Of a stretch of 57,471 bases of DNA, positions 17,746 to 24,594 are shown piece after piece. This DNA comes from Candidatus Dojkabacteria bacterium (GTDB taxonomy: Bacteria > Patescibacteriota > Dojkabacteria > GCA-002793355): the NCBI GenBank assembly GCA_015489595.1, contig WFZK01000010.1, forward strand, positions 1 to 57,471, read 5' to 3'. The first letter of the stretch is position 1. Every line of letters begins with the position of its first letter. The notes beneath the pieces were generated by a model. That model made no database searches, was not told the origin of the DNA, and saw nothing but the letters and a program-made list of their open reading frames with translations. A program made the translations under genes and the position numbers.

Positions 17746-17760
17746 GTGTTCCCTAGGGTG

Positions 17761-17790
17761 TTTACTTGTTAGATTTAATGTATGTATAAT
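17761..17790 (+). promoter_or_regulatory. Candidate promoter of the RuBisCO gene (TTTACT, 18 nt, TATAAT)
   Basis: Hexamers read at 17761-17766 and 17785-17790. SD and ATG 17818 lie downstream. Confidence 0.45.
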
Positions 17791-17817
17791 GTAATGTCTA
17801 AGTTAAGAGGAAGATAT

Positions 17818-19146
17818 ATGGAGCAAAAGTATGGGGGGTACTCTTATTTGCATCTAGGTGAGAAAGTAGATGCGGAAAAGTTTTTAATAGCCAAGTTTTA
17901 TATAGAAAGTTCTCTGCCTTTGGAGAAAGCTGCTGAGGCAGTTGCGGCTGAAAGCTCTGTAGGGACTTGGACAAAGCTTACTACGATTGACGAACAGAGC
18001 CTTGCCCAGAAAGCTGCGAGGGTTATCGATATAGATAAACGGAATAACTTAGTAACGATAGCTTACCCCAATATTCTGTGGGAGAGGGGTAGTGTTGCGC
18101 AGCTTATGTCAGGGATCTCGGGGAATATCTTTGGGCTTAAGGAACTTAGAGCCCTAAAGCTCTTAGATGTGCGATTCAATAGAGAATACGTTAGGGGTTA
18201 TATAGGGCCAGCATTCGGCATTGAGGGGATTCGAGCCATTTTAAACGTGTACGATCGTCCTCTGTTAGGAACAATTATTAAACCGAAACTTGGATTGGAT
18301 CCACTACAGCACGCTAAGGTTGCTTATCAGGCGTGGCTTGGAGGAGTGGACATTGTAAAGGATGACGAGAACCTTACTTCCATGGATTTTAACAATTTTT
18401 ACAGAAGAATTAGACTTACTCTTGAGCTTAAGAGAAAAGCAGAACTAGAAACCGGAGAACGTAAGATTTATCTTCCGAATGTTACAGCAAAGCCAGAGGA
18501 GATGTTAAGGAGGGCTCAATTTGTAAGGCAGGAAGGGGGCAGAGCAGTGATGGTAGATATCCTAACGGCCGGGTTATCTCAGGTGTCCCAGTTGAGGGAT
18601 TATGACTTGGGGGTAGTCTTACATGGGCATAGGGCTATGCATGCGGCACTTACGCGTGATCCCAAGTGGGGTGTATCTATGATGTTTATTGCCAAGCTGG
18701 CTAGGCTTGCAGGAATAGATGAATTACATATTGGGACTGTTATTGGTAAGATGGAAGGGGGGAGAGATGAAGTATTAAGTATGCATAGATTCCTTCGCAG
18801 CCCATGGTTCGGCTTAAAGACTACAATGCATGTGGCCTCTGGAGGATTACATCCAGGACATGTAGAAGCACTGCTGGAAATATTGGGAGATACGGATGTA
18901 ATTATAAATATGGGGGGTGGCATTCATGGGCACCCTCAGGGTACTTATGTGGGGGCTAGAGCGGCAAGACAGGCTATAGACTTGGTGTTGTCTGGTAACC
19001 ATTTGGCTAAGGTTCTTGAGACTAAGCAGCCTCAAGAACTTTATCAGGCATTAAAGACGTGGGGGGTAGTGGACAAAAATGGAAGAGTCATAACTGAGGG
19101 AGTTGTAAAATCTTCTACTTATAGGCATGTTTTGGTCCAAGAATGA
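17818..19146 (+). CDS. rbcL: Ribulose-1,5-bisphosphate carboxylase large subunit, form II/III- or III-like
   Basis: ESSVGTWT, GTIIKPKLGL, VDIVKDDENL, LHGHRAMHA, ELHIGT, GKMEG, ASGGLHPG and MGGGIHGHP are all present. SD AAGAGGAAG precedes ATG 17818. The longer ORF from 17782 would contain the promoter. Confidence 0.9.
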   Translation: MEQKYGGYSYLHLGEKVDAEKFLIAKFYIESSLPLEKAAEAVAAESSVGTWTKLTTIDEQSLAQKAARVIDIDKRNNLVTIAYPNILWERGSVAQLMSGISGNIFGLKELRALKLLDVRFNREYVRGYIGPAFGIEGIRAILNVYDRPLLGTIIKPKLGLDPLQHAKVAYQAWLGGVDIVKDDENLTSMDFNNFYRRIRLTLELKRKAELETGERKIYLPNVTAKPEEMLRRAQFVRQEGGRAVMVDILTAGLSQVSQLRDYDLGVVLHGHRAMHAALTRDPKWGVSMMFIAKLARLAGIDELHIGTVIGKMEGGRDEVLSMHRFLRSPWFGLKTTMHVASGGLHPGHVEALLEILGDTDVIINMGGGIHGHPQGTYVGARAARQAIDLVLSGNHLAKVLETKQPQELYQALKTWGVVDKNGRVITEGVVKSSTYRHVLVQE

Positions 19147-19185
19147 ATGTAAGAATTTTGTAAGATTTTAAAGGTAGAATTAAAT

Positions 19186-19905
19186 ATGGCTGGCGGAATG
19201 TTAGGGGTCGCAGCTGTGGTAGAGGATAACGTTTCTTTTCAGAAGGCTGTTGTTTCCTATTTAAAAGGTCACGGTTTTTCTGAAGTGTACGGTTTTACGT
19301 ATGGCCGAGAATTTCTTGAGTTTTTCAGAGGGAGGGCAGATGATCTTGGGTTTGTTTTACTTGATATGCTCCTTCCTGATATCTTTGGACACGATATACT
19401 TACTATTATCCGTAACCGCAGAGAATATTTACCTGTCATGATTATTACAGCCTATTTTGAAGAGAAGTTCTATCGTTCCTCATTTAATAGAGGTGTAGAT
19501 TATTTCTTACCTAAGCCTACAAGTGTTCTCTCCCTAGGGAGCGCGGTAAGAAGATTGTTGGACTTAGTTTATGGCCCCAAGGATCGAAAACCTAAAACAG
19601 TTTTAGGGGAGAGGTTCCAGTTTGTTAAAGAGTCTAGGGCTCTCGTCGACTTGAAGGCAAAACGCCAGGTTTATCTAACACCTAAGGAAACGTTGGTCTT
19701 TAGAACTCTTCTACGATATGGTAATAGTGTAGTCCCTTACGCGTTGTTTACTCTAGGTAGGAAGAAGTTGAATAAGAATACTCTTCAGGTATTGGTATTC
19801 AGATTGAATAGTAAACTTAAGAGATTTACTAGAAACAGAATTACTGTAAAGGCAGTTTATGGGGGAGGATATAGGTTGCTTGTAAAGGATGATTCAGATT
19901 CGTAG
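19186..19905 (+). CDS. OmpR/PhoB-family response regulator
   Basis: Receiver domain (VVEDN, VLLDMLLPD, YFLPKP) plus a winged-helix output domain (LTPKETLVFRTLL...VYGGGYRL). Confidence 0.8.
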   Translation: MAGGMLGVAAVVEDNVSFQKAVVSYLKGHGFSEVYGFTYGREFLEFFRGRADDLGFVLLDMLLPDIFGHDILTIIRNRREYLPVMIITAYFEEKFYRSSFNRGVDYFLPKPTSVLSLGSAVRRLLDLVYGPKDRKPKTVLGERFQFVKESRALVDLKAKRQVYLTPKETLVFRTLLRYGNSVVPYALFTLGRKKLNKNTLQVLVFRLNSKLKRFTRNRITVKAVYGGGYRLLVKDDSDS

Positions 19906-20041
19906 CGGGATGAACAATACACCGAAGGGGATAAATATGGAGAAATCTAAGGGGTCTAAGACTATAAAGTCGAGGATTGTTGGCATAACTTATAGTTAGG
20001 GTTTTGGGATGATGAAGTGTAAAAATTATGTAAGATTCTGG

Positions 20042-20050
20042 TGGTATAGT
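20042..20050 (+). promoter_or_regulatory. Extended -10 (TGgTATAGT) followed by AGAAT-ATG (ATG at 20056)
   Basis: Read directly. The ATG at 20056 opens only a 21-codon frame, and the kinase frame opens at TTG 20069. Confidence 0.4.
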
Positions 20051-20068
20051 AGAATATGCGGGGGTTAA

Positions 20069-21250
20069 TTGAGTGGTTGGTCCGTGTACTTACGAGAGGT
20101 GCCCTCCCCTGGGGAGATTAGGGGAGGGAGAAAATCGTTTAGGGTAGGTGCGGCTGCTGTTACAGCAGCCGCACTGTATGTTATTTTCAGATCTCTTGGG
20201 AATAACTCTCTAATAGGCTATCAAATGTGGGTAGCGCGGGGAGTAGCTGCTTTGGCCATTCTTGTAGCAGGATTGGGGTTGCTTTACACAGGAATAAAAG
20301 TACATAGAGACTCCGTTGATCTAGGGAGGGCTCTCTTGTTTATTCTCTCTTTAATAGCGTGGCTAGGTAGCCTGACTATTGTGGTGTGCTGGGGACCTAT
20401 CGTCCCCTTACAGTATCCACTTTACATTATCGCCATATCAAGCATGTGGTTTAGCGGTAGATGGAGGTATCAGCAGGTTCAGCTAATGAGTTATATCCTA
20501 CTCTATCTATTCGCCGCTGTGAATATGGTACCATTGTGTGGAGCAGGACTCCCTCCTCTGGATGTCAACAACCGGGTTGTAACGAGTTTCTTAATGATAG
20601 CTATCAGTTTGTGGCTGCTATACACATCTGTTAAAGTGAGAATATCGACTCTCTTAGAGGATGAAGCAGTTTTAGACCTTACTATTTTCGGAGCCACCTC
20701 GTATTTGCTGATGCATACTCTTAAAAACTCTCTTATTGGTATTAAACATCGGCTGGAGCCTTGCATGAAGAGGGTAAAGGAACTTAAGCAGCTGTTTTTG
20801 ACAATAGATCTTTTATTTGATCGAGGCTCATCTCGTACCGCGAGTGGCTATTTAAAGGACCTTTTGCAGGTGGTAGGTGACTTTGCAAGTAAGCGGAGTG
20901 TGGCCTTGAGCTCTAAAATTGCAAAAATAGGGGCGAAGTTAGGCTATAGTCAAAGGTTAGTGTTAGTAAGTATTGTCCACAACTTGCTCTACAATGCTAT
21001 ATTGGCTAGTCCTGTTAAAGGGAGGGTGAGTTTTAGGGCTTTTTCAGTTCAGGATCGTTTGCAGCTTTCAGTATGCAACAAGGGGACGTGTCCTACCTTT
21101 TGGGAGTCGTACGGCAAGAAATTGCTGCGCGGCCTGTTTGTATCTGATGTACTGCTGTCCATAAAAGGTAAAGGAAGATTGGCACACAGCTGTAGTAAAG
21201 ATCGTGTCTATAGTGAGCTAACTTTAAACTTGAAGAAAGATGATAAATAG
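20069..21250 (+). CDS. Membrane sensor histidine-kinase-like protein (degenerate ATP-binding boxes; start uncertain)
   Basis: About 6 TM helices, H-box-like MHTLKNSLIGI and N-box-like IVHNLLYNAI. I saw no clear DxGxG or GxGxG. The TTG start is taken from the ORF track. Confidence 0.55.
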   Translation: MSGWSVYLREVPSPGEIRGGRKSFRVGAAAVTAAALYVIFRSLGNNSLIGYQMWVARGVAALAILVAGLGLLYTGIKVHRDSVDLGRALLFILSLIAWLGSLTIVVCWGPIVPLQYPLYIIAISSMWFSGRWRYQQVQLMSYILLYLFAAVNMVPLCGAGLPPLDVNNRVVTSFLMIAISLWLLYTSVKVRISTLLEDEAVLDLTIFGATSYLLMHTLKNSLIGIKHRLEPCMKRVKELKQLFLTIDLLFDRGSSRTASGYLKDLLQVVGDFASKRSVALSSKIAKIGAKLGYSQRLVLVSIVHNLLYNAILASPVKGRVSFRAFSVQDRLQLSVCNKGTCPTFWESYGKKLLRGLFVSDVLLSIKGKGRLAHSCSKDRVYSELTLNLKKDDK

Positions 21251-21845
21251 AATGCTTTATCAGTTAAGGAAGAAATTTGTCTTTAGAAGATATGTTGATT
21301 TTCAGAAAAAATATTTAGGGAGGGGTTGGGCGTCATTTTATAAAAAGTGCTCTCGTCTCACACACAGTCGCTACCCATGGACTATTCTTTGTGATTATTT
21401 AATCTTCTGGCCTTTGCCCAAACAGCAGGAATTTGTGATTAAGCTATTTAAAAAACTTACCGGAGCAGTCAAGGGCGTAAAGGGAGCAATAAATTCTTCT
21501 TTATTTTGGTTACCTGAAGAGTTTTCCACGTCTATCCTATGCATGCCAAGAGGGGAGTTAACTGGTCTGGTCGTCAGGAATGTTTTAATGTTTCAGCCTT
21601 GCGTGGAGTTTAATCATCCAGTAAAGGATTTCTGTAAGTTTTTGCTTTATTACGTGATAGTTAGGCAAATAAAGGACGATATCACCGATGTGAAATCAGA
21701 TTCGGCCGTAGGGAAAATTACTCCTGTGACTGTGTTTGGTTTCCGATATGCGGATAAGATCCTTAATCTATCTTTAAAGAGGGTAGAGACAATGGACGTA
21801 CCCCTTTATTACAAGAATCTTCTGCGGTTCTATTTAGAAGTGTAG
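21240..21845 (+). CDS. Hypothetical protein with weak similarity to the second Asp-rich motif region of polyprenyl synthases
   Basis: RQIKDDITDVKSDSAVGKITP resembles FQIxDDxLDxxxDxxxxGK. No first DDxxD motif. It overlaps the kinase stop. Confidence 0.3.
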   Translation: MINRMLYQLRKKFVFRRYVDFQKKYLGRGWASFYKKCSRLTHSRYPWTILCDYLIFWPLPKQQEFVIKLFKKLTGAVKGVKGAINSSLFWLPEEFSTSILCMPRGELTGLVVRNVLMFQPCVEFNHPVKDFCKFLLYYVIVRQIKDDITDVKSDSAVGKITPVTVFGFRYADKILNLSLKRVETMDVPLYYKNLLRFYLEV

Positions 21846-22027
21846 GGGGTACAGACAAAACTTCGTAGGCTAACCTGCCCTGGGAGATTGGTTAATAAGA
21901 GAAGACAAGGAGGGTATTACAGCGCAGAAGTTGAGCCCCCTAAGCTTATTATTCTTCTGGCTGTTTTACATTTCCCCGTTGTTTGTGAACGATTTTTCGC
22001 TATTCCGCGTAAGGCAACCTACTTTAG

Positions 22028-22070
22028 GGCGTGGGGTAAAATGTGTCATTACCACATTTTGCCCCACGCC
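22028..22070. repeat. Type-1 palindromic repeat (18 bp stem including one T.G pair)
   Basis: GGCGTGGGGTAAAATGTG-tcattac-CACATTTTGCCCCACGCC. Confidence 0.9.
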
Positions 22071-22079
22071 AGTCATTAC

Positions 22080-22108
22080 TTTACTGCCACCGAAAATCCC
22101 CGTATAAT
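22080..22108 (+). promoter_or_regulatory. Candidate promoter of the GT2 gene (TTTACT, 17 nt, TATAAT)
   Basis: The -35 starts 9 nt after hairpin 22028-22070. ATG 22118 lies 9 nt after the -10. Confidence 0.5.
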
Positions 22109-22117
22109 TCGTTGTAC

Positions 22118-23674
22118 ATGGGCAGGCAGCTTTATGATTTCGAAAGTCCTACTTTTAAACTGTTGAGAATATTTCCGGGTATAGTGACTCTTACGTTTAT
22201 CTTTTCTCCTTTTATACTTGCTGCAGTTGGAAAGCCTCAGTATCTTGCCTATTATGTACTTATCCTTTCGGTCTACTGGGTGTATAAAACCCTCACCTTT
22301 ATATACGGATTTTTTGTAGGATACAACCGTTATTTAAGGGATTCCAAGGCTGATTGGAGAGCAAGACTGATGTGGCTTAAAAAGCGTTGGAATAAATTAC
22401 CTGGGCCTACGACATTACCTGCTACTTGGGAGGATTTTTATATGGCCGTTATTATTCCTACATATAAGGAACCCAAGGAGATTCTTATAAGAACACTAGA
22501 CTCATTGGCTAATTCGAACTTTCCTGTCAAGGAGAAGCTTTTTGTAATCTTAGCTGTTGAAGAGAGAGCGGGCCCAAATCAGCAAGAGGTAGTAAGAGAG
22601 CTTGTTGAAAGATTTAAGTCTTATTTTAGAGGCATCATGTTCTTCGTGCATCCTAAGAACATTCCAGGTGAGGTAATTGGTATTGCAGGCCCTAATTTAA
22701 AATGGGCAGCTAGGGGATTTGTAGAATATCTTAACAAGGAAGATATTAGTCCTAGGAATGTATTTATGCTGAAGATAGATGCAGATACTCGGCTTGATCC
22801 TCAGCTACTATCGGCTTTGTCTTACCGATATCTTACGCACCCAAAACGGTATAACAGGTTTTTCACAAATGCATTAAAGTTGTACTCGAATAATTTTTGG
22901 AAGGCTCCTTTATTGACTAGGCTTTTTTCAGCAATGCTGTCTCTGGTACTTTTATCAGAGTGGATTACTAATAAACATAAAAAACAGTGTTTCTCTTCTT
23001 ATGCTTTTAATCTTGATGTCTTAGTTAAAATAGGATATTGGGATCCCAAGATAGGTGTAGATGACACCGGATTTTTTTGGCAGGCGTTTTTACATTTAAA
23101 TGGTGACTACAAGGGAGAAGAGGTGTATCTCCCTTCTTATATGGATGCCGTAGATGTAGGTGATTATATTAGGTCCCACATCGCTCTTTATAAGCAGCAA
23201 GTTCGGTGGGGTGGGGGGGCGATTGTAACTCCGATGGGGCTTCAAGGTATGCTTAACAACAAAAAGATTCCTTTGCGCGAGAAGATCTTTAAGACTCTTC
23301 ATCTTTTTGAGGTGTATACTTTTTGGACCACGATAGCGTATTTTTTAGGACTTGCCTTACCTTTGCTTTCTTTTGTGGTGCCGAGTGTGGATTTTTATGC
23401 ATATTCTCATATTGCTCCCTACATAGTTAGTAAGCTTTTGACCTTTACTTTGATTTTTGTGCTCCCCATAGAATACTATGTGCTAAAACTTTACGGCCCT
23501 GTACCTAAGGATTATTCTTTAGTAAAAAGGGTAATTTTCTTCTTGAGTTTTTTCGCGATTGTGATAAACATATATCTTTTTAACCTTATTCCCTATCTAA
23601 AGGCACAGATAGATATTATGCTTGGGCGTTTTGGTAAGTTTTATGTTGTGGAGAAAACTGCTGCTAGTGGTTAG
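22118..23674 (+). CDS. Processive family-2 glycosyltransferase (cellulose/chitin-synthase-like), membrane embedded
   Basis: IIPTYKEP, KIDADT (DxD), GVDDTGFF (TED-like) and QQVRWGGG (QxxRW), with flanking TM helices. ATG 22118 lies 9 nt after a TATAAT. Confidence 0.8.
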   Translation: MGRQLYDFESPTFKLLRIFPGIVTLTFIFSPFILAAVGKPQYLAYYVLILSVYWVYKTLTFIYGFFVGYNRYLRDSKADWRARLMWLKKRWNKLPGPTTLPATWEDFYMAVIIPTYKEPKEILIRTLDSLANSNFPVKEKLFVILAVEERAGPNQQEVVRELVERFKSYFRGIMFFVHPKNIPGEVIGIAGPNLKWAARGFVEYLNKEDISPRNVFMLKIDADTRLDPQLLSALSYRYLTHPKRYNRFFTNALKLYSNNFWKAPLLTRLFSAMLSLVLLSEWITNKHKKQCFSSYAFNLDVLVKIGYWDPKIGVDDTGFFWQAFLHLNGDYKGEEVYLPSYMDAVDVGDYIRSHIALYKQQVRWGGGAIVTPMGLQGMLNNKKIPLREKIFKTLHLFEVYTFWTTIAYFLGLALPLLSFVVPSVDFYAYSHIAPYIVSKLLTFTLIFVLPIEYYVLKLYGPVPKDYSLVKRVIFFLSFFAIVINIYLFNLIPYLKAQIDIMLGRFGKFYVVEKTAASG

Positions 23675-24341
23675 TGTTTTCCTTCTCTAGGAAGTAGCCA
23701 TATCCGTACATGTTTTTAAGGTTGAAGTTAAGCTTTAGTTTCTTGAATTTCTGCCTTACACTCCAGGCTAATTTTGCAAGCGTTCCTCTTTTTCCGTTTA
23801 TTATTGGAGCCCGAGAATTTAAGAAATCGTGCCTGCAGACTCCGTATGTTAGTAGCCTGGTTATGAATTCTTTTTCTGCAGGTGTAAGCCTCACAAATTT
23901 GTTTTTATATACCATCAAATAGTCCAGTCCAGCATTACTTTGGTATATTTTTACTCCTTTTGGGAGCTTCGTTGTGTAATCTACGTTATGTTCTCTGAGT
24001 GTGAGGTTGGTGGCCTTTCTCTGACTAAAAAGTTTAATGTGAGTGAGAATGGTTTTTGCTACTTCTTCAACCATAAAAGGAAATTTGAAGATGGCAGCGT
24101 ATTCCTGTTCTAGAAGTGATAGCTTTTCTCGCAGGCTCTCCTTAAATACAATGGCATATTTTAAAGGTTGGTCGCTTTGGGATCTATTAGGTGAGGGTAT
24201 GTCTGTAATTGAGAATTCGCAACGAGGCTTTGGGGTTTCGGTTAAGTTTATGTTGTATTTTTTAAGTTGTGACTTTAGGAAGCTATAGAGACCGTCGCGC
24301 TGGATCTCTGCTACTCCGCATACTTTAAATCCATTTTTCAT
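23664..24341 (-). CDS. Orphan OmpR-type winged-helix DNA-binding protein with atypical N-terminal domain
   Basis: C-terminus LTPAEKEFITRLL...WSVRQKFKKL...MYGYGYFL fits trans_reg_C. The N-terminal half lacks recognisable receiver acidic-pocket motifs. Confidence 0.6.
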   Translation of the reverse strand: MKNGFKVCGVAEIQRDGLYSFLKSQLKKYNINLTETPKPRCEFSITDIPSPNRSQSDQPLKYAIVFKESLREKLSLLEQEYAAIFKFPFMVEEVAKTILTHIKLFSQRKATNLTLREHNVDYTTKLPKGVKIYQSNAGLDYLMVYKNKFVRLTPAEKEFITRLLTYGVCRHDFLNSRAPIINGKRGTLAKLAWSVRQKFKKLKLNFNLKNMYGYGYFLEKENTNH

Positions 24342-24505
24342 ATTCTATTATCTCTGAGCTTTCTTACAAAATTTTTGCAGTAGGGATGGGGGAACTGTAT
24401 TTTTATGGTAGTGGTCGGCGGTACGCTAGCAGGATAATTAAGCACAGACAATAGAGGGGGATTTTAGGGGGTATGTCAAAGCCGGTTTTTACGGTTTTAT
24501 CTAAG

Positions 24506-24560
24506 CTTAGGGGCGTGGGACAAAATGTCCTATTAACACGTTTTGCCCCACGCCCCTAAG
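24506..24560. repeat. Type-1 palindromic repeat (about 22 bp stem, one A/C mismatch, one T.G pair)
   Basis: CTTAGGGGCGTGGGACAAAATGT...ACACGTTTTGCCCCACGCCCCTAAG. Confidence 0.9.
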
Positions 24561-24589
24561 TTGACAGTTAAGCTTAGCCTTATTATCAT
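24561..24589 (+). promoter_or_regulatory. Promoter TTGACA, 17 nt, TATCAT; the ATG lies 5 nt after the -10 (leaderless geometry)
   Basis: The -35 abuts the last base of hairpin 24506-24560. ATG at 24595. Confidence 0.6.
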
Positions 24590-24594
24590 GTAAT

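Noticed and set aside
21888-22166. 92 aa ORF in the spacer between the polyprenyl-synthase-like ORF and the GT2 gene
   Set aside because: It is translated straight through the type-1 palindrome (22028-22070) and the predicted GT2 promoter. It has no recognisable motif, and its start is a TTG. I treat it as a non-coding repeat module.
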